From the NCBI GenBank assembly GCA_041661275.1, contig JBAZUU010000002.1:137148-201147 (forward strand): a stretch of DNA of 64,000 nt, read 5' to 3'. This stretch comes from Parcubacteria group bacterium (lineage in GTDB: Bacteria; Patescibacteriota; Minisyncoccia; Moranbacterales; UBA2206). Within the stretch, counting starts at the first letter, position 1. Each line of letters begins with the position of its first letter. Positions 55,849-63,882 of this stretch are shown piece after piece. A program made the position numbers and the translations under genes. A model generated the notes under the pieces. The model was not told the DNA's origin and searched no databases. It saw nothing but the letters and a program-made list of their open reading frames with translations.

Positions 55849-57480
55849 ATGAAAAACCGAAAGTACATCTTTGTTGTCGGGGGAGTGATGAGTGGTGTGG
55901 GAAAAGGGATAACCACATCTTCCATTGGGGCGATTCTGAAAGCGCGCGGATTCAATATTACGGCGCTAAAGATTGATCCTTATATCAATGTTGACGCGGG
56001 AACGATGAATCCGACCGAACACGGAGAAGTATTTGTTTTGGATGATGGCGATGAAACCGACCAGGATATGGGGAATTATGAGAGATTTTTGGATATAACT
56101 TTGACTCGCGATAATTATATGACCACTGGCCGAGTCTATGAAACAGTAATCCACAAAGAAAGAAATTTGGAATATAAAGGAAGATGTGTGGAAGTAGTTC
56201 CGCATATTCCTATGGAAGTCATTGAGCGGATCGAAAAAGCTTCTCGCAAAGCCAAATCAGACATCACTCTCGTGGAAATAGGCGGAACAGTCGGGGAATA
56301 TCAGAATATACTTTTTCTGGAAGCGGCCAGGATGATGAAAATAAAATATCCGGACGACGTGATGTTTGTTATGGTAAGCTATGTTCCTATTCCATCGAAG
56401 GTCGGCGAAATGAAAACAAAACCGACGCAATATGCTGTCCGAACGCTAAATGGTGCCGGAATTTTGCCGGACGTTATCATTGCCAGAAGTGAAACCTATC
56501 TTGACCAGAAAAGAAAAGAAAAGATCGCTATGTTTTGCAATATTCCGGAGCGCTATGTCATTTCCGCGCCTGACGTGGAAAGTATTTACGAAGTGCTTAT
56601 CAACTTTGAGCGCGATGATTTGAGCCGGTTAATTTTGAAAAAATTAGACCTACCATACAAAAAAACCAATCTTAATGATTGGTATAATTTGATGGACAAT
56701 ATTAAAAATGCCAAAGAGAAAGTAAAAATTGGGGTGGTGGGAAAATATTTCGGTACCGGTGATTTTATCCTTTCCGACGCGTATATTTCGGTTTTGGAAG
56801 CTATCAAGCATGCAGCGTATAAGCTAAAAGTAAAGCCGGAGATCAGCTGGATAAATAGTGAACTTTTTGAGCGTGAACCGGAAAAACTGGAGGAGCTTAA
56901 AAATTATGACGGTGTTATCATTCCGGGCGGGTTTGGTTCTCGTGGAGTAGAAGGAAAAATTGCTGCCATAAAATATCTTCGTGAAAACAAAATTCCATTT
57001 TTTGGACTTTGTTATGGAATGCAGTTAGCAGTGATTGAATATACCAGAAATGTTTTAGGCTGCAAAGATGCTAATACCACGGAAATAAATAGAAATACAA
57101 GTTGCCCAGTGATTGACATTATGCGGGAACAAAAGAAAAATCTGAAGGATTCTAACTATGGCGCCACAATGCGACTTGGAGCTTATCCGGCGATTTTGAA
57201 AAAGGGAACAACTGCATATCGAGCTTATGGGAAAGGGAAAATTTCCGAACGTCACAGGCACAGGTGGGAAGTTAATCCTGAATATATCGAGAAACTGGAA
57301 AAAGCCGGGCTAGTTTTTTCCGGAATTTCTCCTGACCGAAAACTGATGGAAATTACAGAACTGCCGAAAACTATCCACCCATTCTTTCTTGGCACGCAAT
57401 TTCATCCGGAGTTGAAATCAAAACCATTGAATGCTCACCCACTTTTTTATGAATTTGTGAAAGTAGCCAGCAAAAAATAG
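55849..57480 (+). CDS. pyrG: CTP synthase
   Basis: GGVMSGVGKG, KIDPYINVDAGTM, GLCYGMQ, QFHPE. Confidence 0.97.
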   Translation: MKNRKYIFVVGGVMSGVGKGITTSSIGAILKARGFNITALKIDPYINVDAGTMNPTEHGEVFVLDDGDETDQDMGNYERFLDITLTRDNYMTTGRVYETVIHKERNLEYKGRCVEVVPHIPMEVIERIEKASRKAKSDITLVEIGGTVGEYQNILFLEAARMMKIKYPDDVMFVMVSYVPIPSKVGEMKTKPTQYAVRTLNGAGILPDVIIARSETYLDQKRKEKIAMFCNIPERYVISAPDVESIYEVLINFERDDLSRLILKKLDLPYKKTNLNDWYNLMDNIKNAKEKVKIGVVGKYFGTGDFILSDAYISVLEAIKHAAYKLKVKPEISWINSELFEREPEKLEELKNYDGVIIPGGFGSRGVEGKIAAIKYLRENKIPFFGLCYGMQLAVIEYTRNVLGCKDANTTEINRNTSCPVIDIMREQKKNLKDSNYGATMRLGAYPAILKKGTTAYRAYGKGKISERHRHRWEVNPEYIEKLEKAGLVFSGISPDRKLMEITELPKTIHPFFLGTQFHPELKSKPLNAHPLFYEFVKVASKK

Positions 57481-57502
57481 GAATTAATCCGAGATTTTGA
57501 AG

Positions 57503-57533
57503 TCAAAAAGCCCCGCTCAAGCAGGACTTTTGA
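57503..57533. terminator. Bidirectional terminator between pyrG and rpmA
   Basis: tcaaaaagccccgc-tcaa-gcaggacttttga. Confidence 0.65.
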
Positions 57534-57554
57534 TATTTTCAATTTTAATACGAC

Positions 57555-57827
57555 CTACTCTACCGAAACCAATCTTCGCATGGTCAATTTTCCTGTGAAT
57601 GAGGGCATTTTTCTGGTAGAAAATTTTACCACACCGTCTTTCATCGCAAAAAGAGTATCATCTTCGCCACGCTTAACATTTTTTCCGGGATGAAATTTGG
57701 TTCCGCGCTGACGGATGATAATTTGTCCGATTTTTACTTTTTCTCCACCAAAAAGCTTCACTCCTAATCTTTTAGAAATGGAATCTCGTCCTAGTTGGGT
57801 AGAGCCGCCGGCTTTTCTGTGCGCCAT
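57555..57827 (-). CDS. rpmA: 50S ribosomal protein L27
   Basis: MAHRKAGGS...GRDS...KRLGVK...[10 protein letters not shown]. Confidence 0.97.
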   Translation of the reverse strand: MAHRKAGGSTQLGRDSISKRLGVKLFGGEKVKIGQIIIRQRGTKFHPGKNVKRGEDDTLFAMKDGVVKFSTRKMPSFTGKLTMRRLVSVE

Positions 57828-57847
57828 ATAATTAGTAACTTACATTA

Positions 57848-57913
57848 TCCTCCTCTCCCTTTGGGAGAGGATGTCAGCCTGAATTTTCTTAAATTCTGGC
57901 TGACAGGAGAGGG
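57848..57913. repeat. CCTCTCCC-family element upstream of rpmA
   Basis: tcctcctctccctttgggagaggatgtcagcc...ggctgacaggagaggg. Confidence 0.85.
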
Positions 57914-57980
57914 ACAATATAGCTAAAAAGATAAACTTTATTTACAGAACGTAGTTTATCAAGTATATGATATAATGTCA

Positions 57981-58083
57981 ACCCCGTATAGAAATCAGAC
58001 AACTTTAATGGTATATTATATATAGTCTTAATCTATAATAAAATATTGGTTAAGAAAATAACTCGTCTGATTTCTAACGGGGT
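57981..58083. repeat. ACCCCGT-AGAAATCAGAC inverted-repeat element
   Basis: accccgtatagaaatcagac ... gtctgatttctaacggggt. Confidence 0.75.
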
Positions 58084-58087
58084 AAAT

Positions 58088-58498
58088 ATGCTGGTTAAAA
58101 TAAAAGAAATACTAAAAAATAATGAATATAAGATCATTCTTGTTTTTGGCTTTATCTTGGTAGCTGTTCTATCGTTTGAGGCGGGAATGATGAAAGGTCA
58201 AGCTATAAAACAAAATCAAGTGGTTGTCAATAGCAACAGTGCTGAAACTGTTTGTGGGGCGAGTTCCGGCCAGGCTACCGAAGCCTCAAATTTGACCTCT
58301 GAGGACGCCAAACCCGGAGATAATAAAAATATACCACCCCAAAACTGTGCCTTTGTTGGTTCTAAAAATTCCAATAAATATCATCTTCCAACCTGCCAAT
58401 ATGCCAAGAGGATTAAGCCGGAAAATACCACTTGCTTTAAGGATAAAAATGAGGCAGAATTAAGAGGGTATCAGCCCGATAAGAGTTGCATCAAATAA
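58088..58498 (+). CDS. Membrane-anchored protein with an Ada-like metal-binding domain
   Basis: TM helix, then FVGSKNSNKYHLPTC...I...N...F...A...GY. Confidence 0.82.
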   Translation: MLVKIKEILKNNEYKIILVFGFILVAVLSFEAGMMKGQAIKQNQVVVNSNSAETVCGASSGQATEASNLTSEDAKPGDNKNIPPQNCAFVGSKNSNKYHLPTCQYAKRIKPENTTCFKDKNEAELRGYQPDKSCIK

Positions 58499-58520
58499 AC
58501 TTTTGCATATACATAATCTT

Positions 58521-59219
58521 ATGAAAAACGGCAAAAAAATAATTGTCATATCTTTGGGTGGGTCGCTTATCGTTCCAAAGCATATTGACTGGCGTTTTTT
58601 GAAAAAATTCAGGGAACTGATATTAAAACAGATAAAGAAAGGAAAAAAATTTATTATTATCACCGGCGGAGGTTATGCCGCCCGTGAATACCAGAATGAT
58701 GCCTGCAAAGTGACAGAACTGACGACTAATGATCGCGACTGGCTGGGAATCCACGCCACCCGCATGAACGCGCATCTTGTTCGCACTATTTTCAGAGATT
58801 TCTCCCACCCCAGAATCAACAAAAATCCCAATGATCTTGAGGATTTTTTTAATTTCAAGGAAAGCATCCTGGTAGCGGCCGGATGGCGTCCTGGATTTTC
58901 CACCGATTTTGACGCAGTGACTTTGGGAAAATATTTTGGCGTGAAAAATGTTGTCAATTTGTCTAATATAGATTATGTTTATAATAAGGATCCAAAAAAA
59001 TTCAAAAGTGCCAAAAAGATTCGAGAAATTTCCTGGACAGAATTTAGGAAGATAGTAGGGGATAAGTGGGATCCGGGACTTAATGCTCCTTTTGACCCGA
59101 TTGCTTCCAAAATTGCGCAGGAGGCTCAAATGGAAGTAGTCATCATGAATGGAAAAAAATTGAAAAATTTGGAAAGTTACTTGGAAGGAAAAAAATTCAC
59201 CGGGACGGTGATAAAATAA
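58521..59219 (+). CDS. pyrH: UMP kinase (short, archaeal-like type)
   Basis: ISLGGS, TGGG...AR, DWLGIHATRMNA, PGFSTD, VYNKDP, PFDP. Confidence 0.9.
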   Translation: MKNGKKIIVISLGGSLIVPKHIDWRFLKKFRELILKQIKKGKKFIIITGGGYAAREYQNDACKVTELTTNDRDWLGIHATRMNAHLVRTIFRDFSHPRINKNPNDLEDFFNFKESILVAAGWRPGFSTDFDAVTLGKYFGVKNVVNLSNIDYVYNKDPKKFKSAKKIREISWTEFRKIVGDKWDPGLNAPFDPIASKIAQEAQMEVVIMNGKKLKNLESYLEGKKFTGTVIK

Positions 59220-59269
59220 ATCAAACCATAAATTTCTATGCTTTGAACAAAGCGAATAGGGAGGGGTTT

Positions 59270-59707
59270 ATGAAACGATTTACGGCTGGTGATGCAAGGT
59301 TAGTAACTAAAAAGAACGGAAAAGAAGTCCTGTCGGCTAGCGACGACCCAGACGAGAGCATTAAACAGCGAATTATAGAGGTGATGCGCAAGAAAGCCGT
59401 TGGTGATGAAAAAAAAGCGCATGTTTATTTCGATCCGGATGGCGCGCCTGGGTCTCATCTCTATTTTGATCCAAGGGACGAATCCTTGCTGGATCAGCTC
59501 CGGTATCTGGATAAGAAAAGAAGATGGATCGTCAAAGAACTGGTCGCGGTTGGATATCGCGTCATTGTTTCGAAGGAGATGGTTTGTCGTATATGTACTG
59601 GCTTGCCCAGTAATCCGTGCGATGAGTGCAATGGCAAAAAACCTGTTGGCATCTCATTTGAACGTCAGGATTGGATTTCCTACAGTTACATAGAAGTACG
59701 CTGGTAA
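59270..59707 (+). CDS. Hypothetical protein with a CxxC-x6-CxxC zinc finger
   Basis: SD GGAGG before the ATG at 59270; CRICTGLPSNPCDEC. Confidence 0.65.
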   Translation: MKRFTAGDARLVTKKNGKEVLSASDDPDESIKQRIIEVMRKKAVGDEKKAHVYFDPDGAPGSHLYFDPRDESLLDQLRYLDKKRRWIVKELVAVGYRVIVSKEMVCRICTGLPSNPCDECNGKKPVGISFERQDWISYSYIEVRW

Positions 59708-59715
59708 AAGCAACG

Positions 59716-59780
59716 TGGGTCGGGGAGAACTCTCTCCGACCCAAGAAATATAAAAACAAAACCCCGAAAGGGATTTTTTT
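59716..59780 (+). terminator. Hairpin plus intrinsic terminator
   Basis: tgggtcggggag-aact-ctctccgaccca, then aaaaccccgaaagggatttttt. Confidence 0.7.
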
Positions 59781-59796
59781 GTTTGTGAAAAAATAT

Positions 59797-60249
59797 TTAT
59801 TTGAATCTGATCTTGTGATATTTGAGCAAAAAATAAAGAAGAAAATAAAAGACCAGGGAAATAGCAAGAGAGACAATTATAAATCCGGTGATAAGTGGCA
59901 GGAGCAAGTTAGTGAAAATTGTTTCTGTAAAAAAATATTTCCAGCCCAAATTATGAGTGGCTTTAAAGTTATTTATAAGAGTTTCGGAATTAGTATGAAA
60001 TAAAAATCCGCCCACTGTTGCGGCCAGAGACATAATGAGAAAGGTCGTCCACATGTTGACGGCTAAAACGCCAGCAGTAGCCGAGAGGCGGTTAAAACGC
60101 AAAATAGAAGCCGTAATCAGCGTTGTGGCCACGCCTTCCCCGGGCATAATGCCCCAAAAAATACCCAAAGCCGCTCCGGCTGCGACTTTATGGGGAGAAT
60201 CGTCAATGAGGAAGAATTTTTTGATGAAGTTTTTGATTTTTTGAAGCAT
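59797..60249 (-). CDS. DUF2062-family membrane protein
   Basis: DSPHKVAAGAALGIFWGIMP; start 60249 (the upstream ATG lies in a repeat). Confidence 0.85.
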   Translation of the reverse strand: MLQKIKNFIKKFFLIDDSPHKVAAGAALGIFWGIMPGEGVATTLITASILRFNRLSATAGVLAVNMWTTFLIMSLAATVGGFLFHTNSETLINNFKATHNLGWKYFFTETIFTNLLLPLITGFIIVSLAISLVFYFLLYFLLKYHKIRFK

Positions 60250-60260
60250 ATAATAATGCG

Positions 60261-60425
60261 CCGTCATCCCGAGCGTAGTGATGTCGCATAGCGACAGAAC
60301 GCAGTCGAGGGATCTGCTTTACATTATTTCTGGCTATAATTTCTGCCAGTAATAAAACTAGAAGTAGTCATTAGCAGATCCTTCGACTTCGTTCGGATAA
60401 ATCCTCACTCCGCTCAGAATGACGG
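60261..60425. repeat. GTCATCCCGAGCG...CGCTCAGAATGAC element, intergenic copy
   Basis: Terminal inverted repeats and internal hairpins; sister of 48318-48451. Confidence 0.9.
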
Positions 60426-60434
60426 GAAACGGGG

Positions 60435-61559
60435 TTATTTCTTTTTTACTATTAAACTGGCACTTTCCTTATCCACTACTTTGGCTTTTTCCACTCCTTG
60501 TCTGGCTTCCAGCGGCAAAACACCCAAAATATTTCTAAGCGCGATACCGTCAACTTTTCTGATGTCGTCCCACTTTCCAAGCGGTTCCAAAATTTCTTTT
60601 AATTTTTTATCATCATATTTATATGTCTTGCGCAAAGTTCTGGCGATTATCCCACCTTCGGAAAAAACCCGTTCCACGCCTTCCTGGTTCATATAATTGA
60701 CAATATCTTCCTGCAACTTTCCAATTCTTTCTTTGGTTATATTCATGGCCGAGCGTAGTTCGATAAATTCAGAAATCAGATTATTAACTTCTTCTGTATC
60801 AATTTTTCGCAGCTCCTTAAATTTATGTTTCCACATCGGGCATTGATTTTGATATCCGCACCAGTCGCAAAGAGGGGATACTTGCGGCTCAAATTTGCTT
60901 TCTTTTATTTTGGCGATAGTTTCCAGAAATTGTTTGCGGCTTGATTCCAATTGTTCTTCGGTTCTTGTGGCCGAAAGTTTTACGCCGTGCTTTAGAAAAT
61001 ATAAACTGACTTTTATTTTATCCAAATTATTTTTTTCGTTGGGGTATTGAGAAAGAAAAGCGTTCAGATATACCGAAAGCTGGATGTCGTTTTCCACTCG
61101 CTCTTGCGTCGGCATCTTTTTGGTCGTTTTATAATCAATAATTTCATATCCATCATCCGTCCGGTCAATGCGGTCAATGATGCCAGAGATGATATGATTC
61201 TCGTCCTCGCCTGGCAGTTCGATTTGAAAGCGCGATTCCAAGTTCACGATATTAAAATCAACCGGATTATTCCGCTTGAAATAGTCCTGGATAATTTTCA
61301 CGCCCTGGGTAAAAGCAGCCCGTTCTTCGTCCGGATTTTCGAAAATTACCGGATTCCAGGAATTAGAAAAATGTTCCATGGCCTGGTCTAGGTTGGGGGA
61401 TATGATACCCGGAGTATGGATAAATTTCATAACATCATGCAAGGTCGAGCCAAAAACCGCCTCTTTGGATTTGGGCGTCCTGATCTTGTCAATTTCCTGA
61501 AACTTATATTTCAGGGGGCAAGTTCTGTATGTGTCAAAAGCACTGTATGAAATACGCAT
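60435..61559 (-). CDS. PD-(D/E)xK nuclease, RecB/AddB/Cas4-like with a four-Cys cluster
   Basis: SYS...CPLKY, GSTLH, GIIDRID, IIDYKT, QLSVY, CDWCGYQNQC. Confidence 0.9.
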   Translation of the reverse strand: MRISYSAFDTYRTCPLKYKFQEIDKIRTPKSKEAVFGSTLHDVMKFIHTPGIISPNLDQAMEHFSNSWNPVIFENPDEERAAFTQGVKIIQDYFKRNNPVDFNIVNLESRFQIELPGEDENHIISGIIDRIDRTDDGYEIIDYKTTKKMPTQERVENDIQLSVYLNAFLSQYPNEKNNLDKIKVSLYFLKHGVKLSATRTEEQLESSRKQFLETIAKIKESKFEPQVSPLCDWCGYQNQCPMWKHKFKELRKIDTEEVNNLISEFIELRSAMNITKERIGKLQEDIVNYMNQEGVERVFSEGGIIARTLRKTYKYDDKKLKEILEPLGKWDDIRKVDGIALRNILGVLPLEARQGVEKAKVVDKESASLIVKKK

Positions 61560-61564
61560 AAAAA

Positions 61565-61599
61565 TGGTATAAAGTATACGGTATTTAGTAGCTAGTATG
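61565..61599. repeat. Five degenerate 7-bp tandem units
   Basis: tggtata aagtata cggtatt tagtagc tagtatg. Confidence 0.6.
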
Positions 61600-61691
61600 G
61601 GAATTATAGCATAAATATCGAGGCTGTGGATAACTTTCTTTGACTTAATTTTTAATCAATGAAAGAATAAAAATAACAGTTCTTTCTTCGA

Positions 61692-61896
61692 ATATGATTG
61701 GTGAGGCGTGGAATTAGCCCAAACTCTAGCCTATACGAGTGGAGGGTTGCAGGATTGCTGTCTGTCAATAACGGACCGACAGAGACAAAAAGGATAGGAG
61801 ATATACACAATATGGCTCTTTCCTTGCATATCCTGAGTAGGATCATAGATCCGAAGCAGGGAGTTACCTCCCAAGGCTAAACCCTCGCCAATTATC
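61692..61896 (+). ncRNA. Candidate ~200-nt multibranched structured RNA
   Basis: Ends pair (atgattggtgagg/cctcgccaattat; ttagcc/ggctaa); several internal hairpins; terminator downstream. Confidence 0.6.
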
Positions 61897-61932
61897 TTTT
61901 CATCACATTTCATCACATTTTTTCTCTTTCCG

Positions 61933-61971
61933 GCACTATCTTATCTCTATCAGATAGTGCTTTTTCTTTTT
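61933..61971 (+). terminator. Intrinsic terminator
   Basis: gcactatct-N10-agatagtgc followed by a T-rich run. Confidence 0.75.
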
Positions 61972-61972
61972 G

Positions 61973-62027
61973 TTGACAAAATTTGATACGCTTAGTATTA
62001 TTAACATATACTAATATAGTAGGAATA
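61973..62027 (+). promoter_or_regulatory. Promoter and candidate Rrf2 autoregulatory operator
   Basis: TTGACA-N17-TATTAT, then the dyad tacta-ata-tagta (62009-62021). Confidence 0.6.
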
Positions 62028-62032
62028 AGAAA

Positions 62033-62419
62033 ATGAAATTTTCAACTAGAGCTGAATATGGGTTAAAAGCTATGGTCAATTTGGCCAGATGTTATCCGGA
62101 ACAAAAAAATATCAAGGCTATAAGTCGCGATGAAAATATCTCGGTGAAATATCTGGAACGACTAGTAGGGGAATTGAGAAAAAATAATCTAGTCACCAGC
62201 CAGATCGGAAAAAGTGGGGGATATACCCTGGCTAAAAAACCAGCTCTCATAAAAGTCGGAGAAATTATTGAAATTGTTGAAGGGCCGATCGCGCCGATGG
62301 GATGCGTGGGAAAGAAATGTGCTATGGAAAAGAAATGTACATCTTCTATTGTATGGAATAAGGTAGGAGTGCAAATAAAAAAGACTTTGTATGGGATAAA
62401 ATTAAGTGAATTAATATAA
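62033..62419 (+). CDS. Rrf2-family regulator (IscR/CymR-like, three Cys)
   Basis: STRAEYGL, YLE, GKSGGYTL, EGPI, C-x4-C-x5-C. Confidence 0.92.
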   Translation: MKFSTRAEYGLKAMVNLARCYPEQKNIKAISRDENISVKYLERLVGELRKNNLVTSQIGKSGGYTLAKKPALIKVGEIIEIVEGPIAPMGCVGKKCAMEKKCTSSIVWNKVGVQIKKTLYGIKLSELI

Positions 62420-62427
62420 GCGAGCTC

Positions 62428-62574
62428 TCCTTCTCTCCCTTTGGGAGAGAAGTCCTGATTCTTATCAGGACAGAGAGGGAACTTAGTAAGGCAAAATATA
62501 TAATTTAGTGAATTTAACATAAAACCCTCTCCTGTCGCGAAGACGCGACCTCCTCTCCCGAAGGGAGAGGAGGA
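62428..62574. repeat. Inverted doublet of CCTCTCCC-family elements
   Basis: Units 62428-62480 and 62525-62574. Confidence 0.85.
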
Positions 62575-62594
62575 AGAGGAATAAATAATTTTTT

Positions 62595-63860
62595 ATGAGA
62601 AAAATTTATTTAGATCACGGAGCAACAACGCCAGTTGATAAAAAAGTATTAGCGGCCATGATGCCGTATTTTTCCGATAAGTTTGGCAATGCTATGTCTA
62701 TCCATAATTTTGGCTCTGTTGCCAATGAAGCGGTGGAAAAATCAAGGAAGCAAACTGCGGATTTTTTTGGCGCGCAGCCAGAAGAAATGATTTTTACCAG
62801 TGGCGCGACAGAATCAAATAATTTAGTGGTAAAGGGCGTATTAAATGCATATTATTTTACTCCTAAGGCACTCGGTGCCCAACACGAAGGAATAGAGAGG
62901 CACCGAGTGCCTTCAAGGCCTCATATAATCACCACTGCCTTTGAGCATCATTGCGTCCTGGATTCTTGTAAAGAAGTAGAAAAAGAAGGACTGGCTGAGG
63001 TGACTTATATTAAGCCAAATAAAGACGGGATTATAAAAGTGGAAGATATCAAAAAAGCCATCAAGTCTAACACCATTTTAGTGTCTGTTATGTATGTTAA
63101 CAACGAAATTGGAACAGTTCAGTCTATTGCCGAAATTGGAAATCTTTTACGAAATACGAAAAAAATACGAAATACGAAAGTACGAACGAAATATCCCATA
63201 TTTCACACTGACGCGACACAAGCAATTAATTATTTTGACTGTAATGTTGATAAGTTCGGTGTAGACTTATTGTCTATGTCCGCGCACAAAATTTATGGAC
63301 CGAAAGGAATCGGCGCTTTGTATATTAGAAAAGGTACGCCAATAAAAAGAGTCCAGGACGGCGGGGGACAGGAAAATAATAAACGAGCCGGGACGCATAA
63401 TGTTCCAGGTATTGTGGGCTTGGGCGCGGCCATGGAATTAGTTAAAAAGGAAAAAGTAAAAGGTAAAAGTATTTTAGAAATAAGAAATTATCTTATAGAA
63501 AGAGTATTAAAAGAAATTCCGCAGGCGAAACTGAATGGATCAAAAATAAAACGTTCTCCGAACAATGCTAATTTTTCTTTTAAAAACGTAGAAGGGGAGA
63601 GTCTTCTTATGATGCTTGATATGGAAGGTATTGCCGCTTCAACTGGCAGCGCTTGTACCTCTGGTAATCTTGAACCGTCGCACGTTCTTATGTCTCTTGG
63701 CATGAAACACGAAGACGCTCATGGGTCGCTCAGATTAACGCTTGGAAAAAGCACAACAAAAAAAGAAATTGACTATACGGTAAATAAATTAAAAAAAATC
63801 GTGGAAAAGATCAGGAAAGTCTCGGGGAAAGTTTTGGAAGAATATTATTCGAAAAAATAA
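62595..63860 (+). CDS. iscS: Cysteine desulfurase
   Basis: YLDHGATTP, FTSGATESNN, NNEIG, SAHKIYGPKG, GSACTSG. Confidence 0.93.
   Translation: MRKIYLDHGATTPVDKKVLAAMMPYFSDKFGNAMSIHNFGSVANEAVEKSRKQTADFFGAQPEEMIFTSGATESNNLVVKGVLNAYYFTPKALGAQHEGIERHRVPSRPHIITTAFEHHCVLDSCKEVEKEGLAEVTYIKPNKDGIIKVEDIKKAIKSNTILVSVMYVNNEIGTVQSIAEIGNLLRNTKKIRNTKVRTKYPIFHTDATQAINYFDCNVDKFGVDLLSMSAHKIYGPKGIGALYIRKGTPIKRVQDGGGQENNKRAGTHNVPGIVGLGAAMELVKKEKVKGKSILEIRNYLIERVLKEIPQAKLNGSKIKRSPNNANFSFKNVEGESLLMMLDMEGIAASTGSACTSGNLEPSHVLMSLGMKHEDAHGSLRLTLGKSTTKKEIDYTVNKLKKIVEKIRKVSGKVLEEYYSKK
62865..62913. repeat. 15-bp perfect inverted-repeat element in frame within iscS
   Basis: aaggcactcggtgcc-N19-ggcaccgagtgcctt; encodes KALGAQHEGIERHRVP. 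Confidence 0.88.
63148..63190 (+). repeat. TACGAA array in frame within iscS
   Basis: Encodes RNTKKIRNTKVRTK; sister of 51808-51848. Confidence 0.85.
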
Positions 63861-63882
63861 TTATTAAGATACATCTACCTAT

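Noticed and set aside
60435-61559. Cas4 of a CRISPR-Cas system
   Set aside because: No cas1/cas2 or array nearby; the long C-terminal extension fits a stand-alone PD-(D/E)xK nuclease.
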